A DNA stretch of 64,000 nt from contig CM074814.1 in the NCBI GenBank assembly GCA_037447605.1, forward strand, positions 1,240,001-1,304,000, read 5' to 3'. Below, piece by piece: positions 19,176 through 32,655 of this stretch. The first letter of the stretch is position 1. The number at the start of each line of letters is the position of its first letter. A program made the translations under genes and the position numbers. The stretch is from Zygnema circumcarinatum SAG 698-1b (taxonomy: Eukaryota > Plantae > Zygnematophyceae). A model generated the notes under the pieces. It saw only the letters and a program-made list of their open reading frames with translations, was not told where the DNA came from and made no database searches.

Positions 19176-21582
19176 ATGGTGAGTCCAATGCGTGAACGAA
19201 AAGAAGCGCATGGCGGTGGATTTTGGCAGAGTCTGCAGGTCAAAGTTCCACCTCCTTGCGTTTTGTCTTAAAGTGAAACTTCGGGGCTGTCTGATGTATT
19301 GGGAGGGTAACAGATACATTTCGTTTTGCTCATTAGCCGGCAAGGGAAAGTGAGGCTGGCGAAATGGTATTCCGCTTACTCGCAAAAGGAGCGAAGTAAG
19401 GTAAGTGAATGGCTGAGCCGTACGTTGTTAATTGTATGAAATATTGTATCAGAGGAGGAGGTTGAGGATCAGTTCCTGGTGCAACGATTTCTATACACCA
19501 GGGATCCCTAGAAGCTTAAGCTGGATGCCTCTGACTGCACACTGATGGAGAAGGATTTCCCGATTTATACATCTGGAGAGCGTAAGAAAAATAAAATTAA
19601 ATATAAAAAAAAAACATCATAAAATAATAAAATTCCTCGCAAACCTTCGCTTTCTGTAAGAGAAACGGTTGAGTGCATGTTGTTCCAATGATAGTATGCT
19701 CTTCAAATTCAAGGGATGCCTCCTGTCGTTGACAGCGCCTCTCACTAGAGCGATTCCCCAACCTTCCTTCGCTCCACTTCCCAATTTCTCCTCTCATTCA
19801 TAATTTATACTTTGCTTCTGCTGGTTGTCGTGGTTTTCTTCCTCTCCTACAGGCCATTAGAGAACTGAGCGGAACAATCATATCCAGAGGTGCTAAGCTT
19901 TGCAATTTCGTTGAATGGAGAGGACTACGTGTAGTCTACAAAAGGTGGGATTTTGCGATCTCATCCTTTGGTGATGTCGCACAGCACTTGTTCATGACGA
20001 GCCTTCTCAATTTCCTAGCGAAGAGTGCTTCAAAGAATGCTTTGCCTGTCGGCTGTCCGAGGCATATTGCATGTTGAGGCTCGTAGACTAAACTGGAGTT
20101 TCTCCTTCTAGAAAGTCATTATCAGTACGAAGGGTTATTTTTTACACGTCCTCTTCGAAGGCGGGATCCATGAGTGGAGGCTGGCATTGACCTTTGACAT
20201 GCAAAGTTACTTCTAAAACTAACTTGGCAAGGCTCATGCTGTGCTGTATAATTGTCTGTGTTCTGGATCAGATACGCGAGCTTGTATTTTTGCATGTGCA
20301 TTGATTCCGATGACAATGAGCTCGACACGTTAGAGGTCATTCACCATTATGTCGAGATTCTTGATCGTTACTTTACAAATGTAAGTTTCTTTATTCTTTT
20401 TCCCGTTTGTACTTGCATGCCCGACTTTCTCGCACTAAATTTTGTTCCTTTTTAATAGCACACGTTACCTTTTCGATTTAAGTGAGCCACAGAGACCGTA
20501 TGGTCCGCATTTCCTTATCATTTCCATATGCGCAAAGACTTCGAAATATAATCAGCAGACATGTTCATGCTTCACTAATTCTTTGTGTAGGTTCAAGTAG
20601 GTTTTGAAAAAAAAATCTGGCTGGTTTTCGTCCGGCATGTTGAATCTTTCTGTGGCGTACTGAAAATTGCTCACACCCATGTTACCAACGTGATTTCCAA
20701 GGAACATACTGAAAAATATGCTGAAGCCTTGCTGTTGTTGGGGGTTGGCAGGTCTGTGAGCTCGACCTCATCTTTAACTTTCATAAGGTGGAGACACTTG
20801 CCATATGTCAACCTGATGTCGTAGAGGTCTATCATCTTATTGGATCTGTAGTGTTCAACTAGGAATTCAGACTTCAGTCAACTGGGTGCGAAAGTGGGCA
20901 AAGAGGCCACCTATGCAGTCGTTCCACTCTAGTCGTACAAAAAAACCAGCAACACAAACATAAGATTTGCTGGTGGCAGATAACTGAAAAAACATGACCG
21001 ATGCGACTCAAACATCGAACAAACGTTTGTGCTCTGCGCAGGCATACTACATATTGGACGAAGTTCTGCTTGCAGGGGAGCTGCAGGAATCGAGCAAGAA
21101 GTCTGTTGCGCGGGTCATTGCTGCTCAGGTGGGCAAAGCAAAGGGCCTCCTCAAAGCCTTTTCCTCGTAAATGGGTCTCAGTGGTCGCGACCGTTCTGAC
21201 GGCACTTGCAACGTCTGGCACAAATAATGGCACAGCATAGTTTGTTTCCAGAAAAATATTGACAAAAGGTTACAGCCCCTCCAGTCGATGCTTAATGTCG
21301 ACTCAAGCTTTCTTTCACGCTGAAATACGAAACCTTTTGGGTGGATGAAGTCCTTCTCATTGTAGGGTTCATTCAGTTCTTTAGGATTTTTGGTATGCAC
21401 ATCATGCAGATGTTTGCACATCAGTACAGTATGGGATGGCGGCAATCGCTTGTAGTCTTATAGTCCTTCTTCCATCTGCATGCGATTAACCAATTTCATC
21501 TTTCTTTCAACAGGATACGCTGGTTGAAACTGCCAAGGAGCAAGCTGGCTCTATCAGCAACATGATGGCTATGGCCAAGTGA
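19176..21582 (+). CDS. AP1S: AP-1 clathrin adaptor complex sigma subunit; 7 exons, the first being ATG only
   Basis: Exons 19176-19178, 19314-19400, 19853-19944, 20272-20380, 20752-20787, 21042-21128 and 21514-21582 give [160 protein letters not shown]. Confidence 0.96.
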
Positions 21583-22091
21583 GACTGGATAAATAGAGAG
21601 CGAGAGACAAAATAGGAGAGGAGAGAGATAGAGAGAGAGAGAGAGTGTGTGTGTGTGAGAGAGAGAGTATGCCTCTTGCGGAGCAGGGTTATCAGCAACC
21701 CTACAAGTCGAACAAAGCCTCCTCTTGTGGTGCTGGGACAGGTCACTTTTGTGGCTCCGACCCTCTTGACACATAGCACAAATGGGTGACGAGAGGAGGA
21801 GACCGAGCGGGCTATCTCATTGAAGAGTTTGGGGTTCAATCGGGTCATAGCTTCGTCTTCTTTGCCTTCTCCACTGGCCAATGCCCCGCTGTAATTAATC
21901 CTTGTTATTTTGCTGTAGAAAGTTCGCAATGAAGCGCCTCTAGGACGCTGCCTGGCGGGCTCTAACTTCCCTTTGTAGCAAGAGAGGGGCGCGCGATTGT
22001 GTCTCAGCTTGGTGCTCGTCTTGTCATTTTTTTATATTGAAAGTTACTCGGGCCTTCACATGGCGGGCACAACGGAAAAATTGTTTGGGGG

Positions 22092-23027
22092 CCTCCCTCC
22101 CTCCCTCCCTCCCTCCCTCCCTCCCTCCCTTTCTCCCTCCCTCCCCTCCCTCCCCTCCCCCTCCCCCTCCCCCCTCCCCTCCCCTCTTCTCCCTCTTCTC
22201 CCCTCTTCTCCCTCTTCTCCCCTCCCTCCCCTCTTCTCCCTCCCCTTCCCTTCCCTTCCCTTCCTTCACCTTCCCTCCCTCCCTCCCTCCCTCCCTCCCT
22301 CCCTCCCTCCCTCCCTCCTTCCCTCCCCTCCCTCCTTCCCTTCCCTTCCTTCCCTTCCTTCCTTCCTTCCCTTCCCTTCCTTCCTTCCTTCCTTCCCTTC
22401 CCTTCCCTTCCCTTCCCTTCCCTTCCCTTCCTTCCCTTCCCTTCCCTTCCTTCCCTCCTTCCTTCCTTCCTTCCCTTCCTTCCTTCCCTTCCTTCCTTCC
22501 CTCCTTCCTTCCTTCCTTCCTTCCTTCCTTCCTCTTCCCTTCCCTTCCCTTCCTTCCTTCCTGTTCTCCTCCTTCCTTCTCCTCCCCTCCCTCCCTCCTC
22601 TTCCTCCTTCCTCCTCCTCCTTTCCTCCTTCCCTTCCCTCCCTCCCTCCTCTCCTCCCCTCCCTCCCTCCCTCCCTCCCTTCCCTTCCCTTCCCTCCCTT
22701 CCCTTCCTTCCCTCCTTCCTTCCTCCTTCCTTCCTTCCTTCCTCCCTTCCTCCTCCCTCCCTCCCTCCCTTCCCTTCCCTCCTTCCTTCCCTTCCCTTCC
22801 TTCCTTCCCTCCCTTCCTTCCCTCCCTTCCTTCCTTCCTTCCTTCCCTCCCTCCCTTCCCTCCTCCCTCCCTCCCTCCTCCTCCCTCCCTTCCCTCCCTC
22901 CCTCCTTCCCTCCTTCCTTCCTCCCCTCCTTCCTTCCTCCCTTCCCTCCCCTCCTTCATTCCTCCTTCCCTCCTCTCCTTCCCTCCCTTCCCTTCCCTTC
23001 CTTCCTTCCCTCCCTCCCTCCCTCCCC
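22092..23027. repeat. ~935-bp compound polypyrimidine tract (CCCT/CCTT/CCCTT)n
   Basis: Almost exclusively C/T on the + strand. It produces the spurious P/S/L/F and G/R/E/K ORFs in the track. Confidence 0.95.
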
Positions 23028-26000
23028 AGATCCCAATTCTCGGACTGCTCCCCCGCAACCTACTGAGGATGCCCGACGGAATCGGGCCAAGGTGGCCCCT
23101 CTTTCCTTTTGGGGCGAACATCCTACCACGGACTGCTCGATTGAGCAGTGGTTGGGTCAAACGAAGGGCTACCTTCTGGCGACCAACTGTCCCCCCCTCC
23201 AGTGGGTAAGCTTTGCTTCCAGCAGCTCGAGAGAGCCCCATCCATCTATGTGGCACCTCTGATAAATGGACCAATCAAATGACTCAGATAAACTTATCCA
23301 AGCCGCTGCAAGCCCTGGGATCCCGGCTTGGAGGCCCAGATAAGTTTCAGAGCGTGGTCCGAACCAGAGGCGTCGAGGGCAGTTTCTGCGAGCCTCCGAC
23401 AGTGCGGGTGGCCGCGCAGCCTGGGCGGTGATTCTTTTGCCACTCAGGAATGGCCTGGACCGCGCTGAGCGGCGGTGAGCTGACCGACGGGTCTCTGAAG
23501 ACCGTGGGACCCCGCCTGACTCTGGGCTGTACTTGCAATGCAGCCATTCATTGGACACCGCCTTGCAGGGGATTTGAGGGCCCTTCCCGACCCCAGCAGA
23601 GGTCGCGGCGACGTGCAGGTCGTGGAAGGCGGGACTCCCAACTGCTGCCGAGCTGGGAAGAACAGACGGAGAGCGCCAAAGTGGTACGCCCATCGCTTGC
23701 ACGCCGCGATGATGCGAGGAGTGGAGAAGGGTGAGCGGAACAAGTGTTCCATCCGCAAGGAGGGCATGCAGCCCGGATTGCCACTCGCCGGACAAGGAAG
23801 CGCGAGCGAAAACCCCGAACCAGGCCCACTTGGGCCGTGTGGGTCCGGCGTGGTGAGGGAGGGAATGGGGCTGCCATCAAGGATAAGAGACTATTGTTTC
23901 TTAGAACCTCGGACATTCTTAATTTGGTGGGCAGGACTTTGGGAGTGCAAGATCTTTTTGTGTTTGAGTGTAGCTCCCTTCTTCATTTTCTCTTCCCCTG
24001 CGCTGTAGTGACTCCTCCTCAGTTTCCTCAATGTCACATGGATGGTCGATGAGATGTGTTTGTCCCTGAATGTCACTGGGTAATAATGTCTTGCAGTGAT
24101 TGTCATGAATACCATAGCTGTAATGGACGCATCGTATATTTGGCTGCGGTGTTGCTCACCCAGCATGGGCAGTTCGCACCTTCCCAGCGCCACTTGGCGG
24201 TCATGGAGCGGTTAAGGAGGGGCACGTTGGTGCGGAGATGGAAGGATCCACCGGGCTTGCTGGTTGGCTCACCTTACCCACATTTCGTGTGGAGGGGCGG
24301 CATACTGGAGCCTCAGCATGTAGTGCAATCTCTCTTCCACTTGCCAGGTGGCATGCCATGACCTTAGTGAGGTCAGCAAATAGCACCCACCATCCTGTTC
24401 CTTCAATTCCTGGGCAGATGCTAACTTTGTTGGTCTCGTGACCAGAGTTTGGGTTGACCAGGATCCCCGTTCAGAAAGTGTTCCTTGGGGATGGACGCAA
24501 GAGGCCAGGACCTCTGGTAGCGTGCGGCTCAAGTACAACTCCAATCCTATGCGGGCAGTCAAGTGTCTTGGAACCAGCTGGCCACTGGTGCTGATGTTAT
24601 TTTGGGGAGTGCTTGGTTAACCATGGTCAAAGCACAAATGGACTCTTCTGCTCCACATAAATCTCCACATCGTGAGGCGGCTTACCTTACACCCTGGCAA
24701 GCCACGTCCTCTGCTGTCGGCACCCTGCACCTCTTCCTCCTGGGTGCGGTGGCCAGAGGCAGTAAGGGATGCACCTTGTTGGTGGTGCCATGTCGTGGCG
24801 GCCACTCGGTGGTGGAGGAGTGGGCTGGAGGAGTGGCGGTCCGCGGATCTGTCTCGAGCTGTCATCCCAGATCCGACCTCTGTTGGATGAATTTACAAGG
24901 ATGTCTTCCTGATGACCTTCCAAAGAGGTTGCCACCATCGAGGGGTGGGCACAGCGATCCCTCTTAAAGCCTGAGCGAAGCCGCCTTGGCGGCCGATCTG
25001 TCATAAGCCAAAGGACATGAAAATTCGTAGCAATTGGCGCTTTGCATGACGGGCTGGATAGAGACCAGCAGAGCCTGCACCATCTTGTTTGTTGGGAGAA
25101 AAGGATAGCTCATAAGATCTGCATGATTGTGGCAGCTGGCAGATCAGTGTGAGGACCATTTTGCTTCCACATCTCGATAATCTGTTCAATCTGGCACCGC
25201 AAGTCCAAAGTATTTGCATCACTTGATCTTGCTCAGGGTCCCCTAGGATGCACGTCACAAAAAGCTGATGTACAACTGATTGAGCGCTCGATTAGTCATT
25301 TCCAATATAATGTCCTTTGGATTGGCTAATGCTGGGCGCTTCCACTGTCATGACGAAATGTTCGTCCAGCATCAAACAAGTTTGTTTTGGTTTCCTCGAT
25401 GATATATTATCTGAGTGAGCAGAGAGGACGTCTTGAGCACGTTCGGAAAGTGTTTGAGAACACTGAGGAAACACCAATTTTATCCAAGGGAAGAAGTGTC
25501 GCTTGGTGAGCAGCAAGTTGCTTTATCTTGAGCATATTCTCAAATGATCAGGGCCTCCGGCCTCGCCCTACGAGGCTTCGCGTAGAAACTTGGGCACCGC
25601 GCTAACTTGCGTACAACTGAGTTCTTTGTGGGCTGCGAGCACTCGTACCAGTCATCCAAGGGTTTAGTAAGTTGGTTCCTCCTGACTGATTTGACACGTC
25701 CCGCTGCTCCCCTTTACATGGACCCCGATGCCCCAGATGCATTCGAAGGTCTGGCCATGCAGCTGTCCGCGCCCGCCTCCGTGGCGGACCGTTCCAAACC
25801 TTATGAAGTGGTTTGTGATGCTTCGGGATTCGCCTTGGGTGCCGTCTTGTTTCAAGATGGTCAACCTCTGGCGTATGAAAGTCGCAAAATGAATCCCGCT
25901 GAGCTCAACTATTCTGCAACAGAATAGGAACTGCTTGCAGTGGTCCACGCCCTGAGGACATGGCGGTGCTATTTAGAGGGGGCGAAAGCGGTCACGCTGG

Positions 26001-28577
26001 TCACTGACCACCGTCCGCTGACGTTTCTCTCTACCCAACGGACCTTGTCTAGGCGGCAGGCACGCTGGTCTGAGTTCCTCCAAAGGTTTGACTGCCAGTG
26101 GGTCTATTGGCCCGGTAGGCTGAATGTGGCAGACCCACTGAGCAGGCAGCCTCGGCATCTTGCCTGGATGGTGCACTCGTCGACTCAGATGTGGGTGACG
26201 AAATGGCGGGGTGAGGGCCGGCGGCCCCGAGTCTCCGTCTCAGTATGTTTGTCATGAGATCCCTACCAGTGATGCGGTCAATCCTTCCTGCTCTCTCCTC
26301 ATCTGGGCAGATGATAAGAGGTTGTGTCTAGTAATCCTTTTGTTCCTGGATGGCCAGTGATTGGCTCTCAAGGACAAAGTGGTGTCTAAACAGATTTTAG
26401 TACCAGCGGCCAGCAGTCATCGTGCCAAGCCAGGCTGTACCAGCAGCTCATCTGAGTAGGCTCCAGGGTCCTGTGTACCGCATCATCAAAGTTCCAGAAC
26501 CCGTAACGCTCTGAGAGACATGTGGTGCTGGACCTTTGCCAAAGGATGTAAAGGCGTATGTTGCTCGCTTGTCCCGCTTTGTACCAGCAAAACAAACCCC
26601 CGCTGGCAGGGGTCCACCACAGCCCGGCATTTACACCTCTGTTTCAAATGGACAGTCTGGGTATGGACTAGATCACAGATCTTCCTCTGACACCAAGGCA
26701 TGACTCCAACCCTCATCTTGTCGATCGAGCTCAGCAAGATAGTGCAGTTTACACGTTTGCTTAAGGGCAGTTAGGGGCCGCGGAGCTGCACCGTTGTATA
26801 TAACAGAGTGTGGAGCCGGCATGATCTTCATGCAGAAATCCTGTGTTTGACCGTGATCACGATCACCAGCCATTTCTGGGCGGAAGTGCTGGATGGTGGG
26901 ACCGGCAGGCGTGAGTGCGGTTTTCCTCCCGCAAAGCTCGGTCACCGGGCGGACGGGTGAGCAGGATCCTGGAGGATTGCCTCCAACATGTGTGGGACCC
27001 GCCTGGATGGGTGGGATGAGCTGCTGCGGTGGCGGTGCGCCATCAATAATGCTTTCCAGGAGTCCATCGGTACCACCCCTTTCTTCTTGAACTTTGGCCA
27101 GCATCCTCTAAATCCCCTGCAACCAAGGGATCAGCCCCCTGATCCGTGGAACATGGGCGTCCACAGAACCCCGATCCTTGGAAGCTGAGAGGGACTGATG
27201 GGACTCAACCTCCCGCAGTCAAATCTTTTGTCCGGCTAATGTCTGAGGCGCTGCAGAGGGCACGGCAGACCCTGCTAGCGGCCCAGTCGCGACAAAAGGC
27301 CTATGTTGGGCGATCACGTGCCCAACTCACCTCGATGAAGGCGATAAAGTGTTGCGTCGACGACTAAACTCGAAGCTTATGACGGGAACCGTAGCTGTGC
27401 GCCCGTTTCATAGGACCTTTTAAGGTCGTGGAAGCGAATCGTGATGTCGCTTCCAGGGTTCGGATTTACCATCCACATGAAGGTCAGATCCAACCTTTCA
27501 TGTGGGCTTGCTTGGGAGGTCTGCGCGTGGCCAATGAACCCGGCCACCCCTTCCCCACCACAAGTGAGACTTGAGGGTGAACTTGAGTATGAAGCTGAAA
27601 CCATTCAAGCCCAGGGTGTAAGAAAGGACCCGATACCCCGTCACGAATCCTCGTGAAATGGTTGGGCTGTGGGTGAACATAGCACATGGGAAGCCGAGGC
27701 AGCTTCAGGCAATGCCAGGAGCTCATCAACTTGTGCTGGAAGCAGCGCAGAGGCGGGCGAGGGCAGCACGAGGAGGTCAGGCGTCCCACGCGGTTGGAAA
27801 GGGACTTGACCCGCTGAGCCAATTATGCCACCACGTGACTTCGACGCGTGCGTTTAAAACTCCGGCTCCTTTGCTACCCCACACACGTGGCGACGTCACA
27901 TGCTGGCAGGGGGTAATGTGGCGAGACGCTGCAGTCACCCGCAAAGGTGTCTGCAGGCAGGCTCCGTCCTAGTACTCTTCACCCCGGCGCGGCAATCGCC
28001 AAGCGTTGGGGACCACCTAAGACCGGAAGGTACTAGGATGGATCTTTCAAGGGTTTGCAAGTTCGATGCGTACTGTAAACATGTATGTGGCGTCGCGCGA
28101 TGTAGTCGGGATCACGGAATCCCGACCACATCTATTATTTACGACGTAACCGTCGTCCGTACAATTGCGGGGTTGCGGTGGTGCAGACAAGGGATGTCCA
28201 CTCGGGACCCCGCGCACGCACGTGGGTCGACCATGCACCCGGCGTCCGCGGCGCGCGCCGCGCGTGGCGCGCGCGCAGGATGAGCGCATGCGTGCATGTA
28301 CACCTCTAGCCCATTCGAGTCAAGGAACACGTGGCAGTCTCATGGGACGCCCTGCTTCAATCCTGCCATGCCTGGTCAGAGAGGTTCGACAGGGAAGCGT
28401 AAAGGGCATGGGTGACTGTCATCACCAACAGCGTGGCATCAGTGCACCCCCGCTCAAGGATTCCGCCAGCCTTCTAAAGTTCTTGCTCTCTCTCTCTCTC
28501 TCCTGCTCTCTCTCATTGACTTCAAAATGCTCATGCCTGTGATTGCGTAGGCTGAAAAGGCATTTTCAGTTGTTGCA
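23028..28577 (+). mobile_element. Ty3/gypsy chromovirus LTR retrotransposon, copy A (5'-truncated, degenerate or noisy)
   Basis: Starts mid-gag (agatccca...ACCTACTGAGGATGCCCGACGGAATCGGGCCAAGG, shared with copy B at ~32996). Also protease region, RT remnant (FLDDIL near 25392), RNase H (YEVVCDASGFALGAVLFQDGQPLAYESRKMN, DHRPL), integrase remnants, chromodomain start (LEGELEYEAETIQA ~27570), degenerate PPT and 3' LTR ~27917-28577 homologous to the LTR of copy B. Confidence 0.88.
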
Positions 28578-31239
28578 GCCGCGATGCCTGGCTCCGCTGC
28601 AGAGCGCGGCAGAAGAAGTAGCCAGGGCATGGAGGGTTATGTTTCGGCTGTGTGGGCAGCGCGGCGTATAGAGTGGAACCCTGGCTCGAGAAGTGTGACG
28701 CAAGGACATTGCTGATAAGGGACTGCTGTTAACGTGCTCAACTCTCAATGTTACTACCAGCAAAAAGTGGATTTAGAAATCATGTATGAGGAGGGAGACG
28801 AGTGGAGGCGTGATCTCAGCTCTGCAGGGAAATGCAGCACATGGCAGAGGCAAAGAAGGAGCAGAGGCTGCGGTCAGCAAGCCTCCTAATATGAGAGCCA
28901 GCAGAAGGGCGCATGAGGAGCCGCAGAACTGACAGAGACGATTCCCATGCACACTTCATTGGTGTGAGGAAGGAGAACCCCATGGAGAGCGGTCCCGGTG
29001 CGCGCGCAGAGAGTCTGAGGACCTGAGGCAAGGGAGAGGCGGCTGTGTTAGCTAACATGCCCTCCAGGGTTTGCTACCGGACTCTACTTCTGTCCAGAGA
29101 AAGACGAAGCGCAAAGGAGGCCCGGAGACGGTCGGCAGGAGAGCGGCCCGGTCGTATCACCTGAGAACAACCTTATCCATGAAAGAGTACCTGAGTCAGA
29201 TGGTCTTATTCAGGAGTTACCCATTATTTTATGATCACGGAACCAGAGCCTTCAAGGAAGCGACAGCGATGGAGTCGATGGCAACAAAATGCACGGGTGG
29301 GCGATCGATAGCGGTGGACAGCTTGATAGAGCGAGCAAGGTATGGAGAGTGAAGAAGGCCTAGAGAAGGACAAAGCTGCTGGGTGCCAAATGAGGGCCTA
29401 GAAGTCAAGGGAAGGGCAGAACGTGGACGGGTAGGAGGCGCGGCTAGTGGCGAAGGGATGGCCAGAAGTATGAGTGACTGCGTGGAGAACGTCGCTGCGG
29501 TGGTAAAGCCAAACTCCTGAGAGCCCTGATTTACCATCACGGCAGGTGGAGGAATGGTCTCTCCATCCCAAGTTGGACATCAAGCGCATTTTACTCGGAG
29601 TCTAACGGAAGAGATCTCATGGAGCAGCGAGGGGAAGGTGGTGAGAAGGGAACACCTGGTATCTCGATCATGAAGAGCCTGTATGAGACTGGCAGGCAGG
29701 ACGCCCAGAGTGTAGATTAGAGAGATGAGTGATCTTTTGAGGGGAATGGTTGACGATCGAAGCGGGTCATTCCGTGTCCGTAGAGGAGGGGGCAGACATC
29801 ATGTACCCATCGGGATCTGCGTTGATGATCTCATAATGGAGTGCCTCTCGCTGGAAAGAATCAGTTCCTTGAAAGAGTTGCTTCAAGCGAATTTCAAGAT
29901 GTTAGATTTGGGGGAGTCGCAGTATTTGCTTGGTATGCAGTTGAAGAGGGGGCAGGATGGCAGCTTATTCTTGTGTAGAAGAAGTATGCATCGAATGTTC
30001 TTGCCCAATTCCACATGGAAGATTTCTCAGCGTACTGACCCCGATGGAGTGAGCGCTGAGATGTCGAAGGAATGTCACCTTCAATCAGGCGGCGGCGGAA
30101 GGCTGCTCAAATGCCTGCAGCCTCCGAAGTAGAAATCTGATGTCCTGATGATGGAGCACGCCAACCTCGCGAGGCGGTGAGGCTGGCAGTCGTTCATGGA
30201 GCCAGACCTCGAGCATTAGAAAGCCGTGAAGGATGCTCAGATCTGTGAGAGGGATGCTTGATTATGATCAGGTCGAGAGGGGGCCGCCAGGGCTGATGGC
30301 TGTGCAAGACTCAGATTGGGGTGGCGATGTGGATACATCGCGCTCGACTTCAAGTTTTATTTACCTGTATGGAGGTGGAGCGATTTTGTGGAGCTCCAAG
30401 TTGCAGGACTCGGTAGCGTTATCGAGTACATGAGGCGAGTACATGGGTGCTTGTCATGCTGCAAAGGAGGGCGTGTGGTTTCAACAGTTCTTTGATGAAT
30501 GCAAGAGAGAACAACGCCCAATTACCTTGTTCACGATAATGGTAATTGGATCTTCCTCAATCAGAACAGGATGTTGGCAAAGCGGACCAAGGCCACATGG
30601 AGTCCAGTATGTCGGGATTGGTAGAGGGCTGATGCAATACTTCTGGAAGTTGGTCACAAAGGACAGGCCAGCCAGATATGCTGGCAAAGGATTTAGCAGA
30701 GAAACCTGTCAGTTATGAAATGGCAGGTTCAGCTCCAATGGGGCCAGTGCAAATTAAAGTCCCAAAGAGGGGATTGTTACATATGCTAGTGGTTAGTGGC
30801 TCAAACAGTTTGTTATTGGGACATTAGTTATGTCATGCTGTGTGTGGCCCTTGGCAAATGCAGCTGGGCCGGCGGGCGGAGTCCGAGCTTTTGAGGTCAG
30901 TGCGAGGCGCGGCGCGGCGGAGTCAGATGACAAGGCGCGACGCGCGGCTTGAAATGTGGCGTGGCGCGGACGCGACGCGACAAATCAAAGATGTGACGCG
31001 TGAGATTGCGCGCAAATTTGAAGTAGGATGACATGGCGGGTCGAGCCTTGGCTCGAGCTGGCCCTGGACTTCGCACGAAATCAGCGGGTCGGCTGTGAGC
31101 GCGATGGGATTGTACAGAGCTGCGACCCGAGATTCTCAGTTCAGTGAGCGGCGAGGTGAAGCGTCATCTCTCTTGGAGGCGCTCAGGTCATGCACTCATG
31201 GGGGCGGCAAGAAAGGAAAGACACAAGGAAAGGGCAACA
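28578..31239 (+). mobile_element. Ty1/copia retrotransposon fragment A (RT-RNase H, PPT, 3' LTR-like)
   Basis: Remnants VDDL...ELLQANFKMLDLGESQYLLGMQ (~29820-29940) and DSDWGGDVDTSRSTS...WSSKLQDSVALSST.GEYMGACHAAKEGVWF (30310-30485). PPT aagaggggat is followed by TGTTA at 30775. The right boundary is uncertain. Confidence 0.8.
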
Positions 31240-31246
31240 CATGCCC

Positions 31247-31259
31247 TGGGTATCAGAGC
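31247..31259 (+). other. Possible tRNA-iMet primer-binding site (TGgGTATCAGAGC)
   Basis: 11-nt exact match GGTATCAGAGC to the canonical PBS TGGTATCAGAGC, 7 nt after a CAACA. The element it belongs to is unclear. Confidence 0.35.
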
Positions 31260-31479
31260 TCAAAACTTTTCTTTTGCTTCTCCTTGGGCCACAGTACCGC
31301 TTCCCCGCCGATATGCCTTCTCGTCCACCTTCTTCCAGGGTCACACGCGGACAACACTGACCTGCAGTGTCAACTCCTCCATGGTCTCGGCTCCTCAACT
31401 CCAGCTGCCTCCAATGATCTCCTCGTGTAGAGCAACACACCGCCTGCAAATGATCGCCTCCACTCATCCACCACGTCAT

Positions 31480-32655
31480 CCAACACGAGGACTCACGTGA
31501 CAGAATGGTGCAGTAGTAAGGAGAAGCCAGCAGCCCCAAAACTCCTTAAACTCCATGAGTGTAATACAAGCTCTTGAGGAAATCTACATAATCCCTTAAG
31601 CTAGATTCTCCTCCTCTCATGAGCACTATTCTATCCTCTGATAGATAGCCTACACACCAACTGCAGTAGCCAAGCACTAACTGCCTCCATGAACTCCTCC
31701 TCTACCTCAACACATGAGGGACACACCATCTAGCTTCTTCGCTGAGAGCTTGGCATGATAGACTCTATACCACAAACCTTCATACACGCAGGCCGGAATC
31801 CTCTAGGCCTCAGCCTCTGCCTCTCCTACAACAACGGTCGAGCAGCATAACATTCAGCGTAGGTGAGTAGAGGGCCAAGCTTGCTCCCTCTTAAACTATG
31901 GCGGCCAGCGTGACGTGACCTCGATGTCACGTCACAGGCACTAGCAGCACATACATTCAACAGCCAGCAAGCCGTTCAACGGCCAGCTACGCGTTCAACA
32001 GCCAGTTTCGCCATCACGTAAATTACGCCAGCACCGACTCGCGAGGTCAGTCGTACTGTTCCGCCGCCAGGCCGTACACGTCCGCCGCCCAGCCGTACAT
32101 GTCAGCCTCCCAGTCAAGATCTGACTCGGTCCCCTTCTCAGTTGACCTCGTCAGAGCCGCGGACCGCACTAAGGGTCCAAGCAATGCCACGTGCCACCTC
32201 CTCATTCGCCGCCGACATCTCCAATCTCTTCAACCGACTTCCGCGTCACGTCACGCCCGAAGACTGCGTCGCTATCTGCACGCTGTCGCGACCAATCATG
32301 TCGCTTCGTGCAGATCCGCCTCTCGCGCCAAATATCTCTGCGTCCATTTGTTTCGCGTCGTCCGTACAGTCGCGCGCCGTCCGTACGGCCGCGCTCCTTT
32401 GCGGTCAGCACGTTCCGCTGCATGCACCCCCTTTGGTCGGTACAGCTTGAGGACCCCTGATTTCTTCAAGGGCCTCAGACCTTCCTCGAGCCTGCCGTCC
32501 ATGCCCTAATGATACGNGCACCCCCCATGTTCGGTCCTACACCAAACATGACCATTCATACATGACATTGTCCCTATACCACCACATTGATGTCCCGGAC
32601 AACATTCATGCTAGGAACTAAGTACCAACACCTTGATGTACCCTATACATCAACA
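31480..32655 (-). mobile_element. Reverse-oriented copia-family LTR-like segment
   Basis: The reverse complement starts TGTTG (32655) and contains the same gtgacgtgacatcg...gtcacgtcac palindrome and taaggagttttg/aggg motif as the LTRs at 38758 and 41030. The low-coordinate boundary may be 31157 (CGAGG occurs at 31152-31156 and 32656-32660, a candidate TSD). Confidence 0.45.

Noticed and set aside
21507-21929. 140-aa minus-strand ORF overlapping the AP1S end
   Set aside because: No family resemblance or splice support; probably antisense to the AP1S 3' UTR.
21997-23274. 390-421-aa Pro/Ser/Leu and Gly/Arg/Glu ORFs
   Set aside because: Stop-free low-complexity C/T tract; only the last ~60 codons are real gag sequence.
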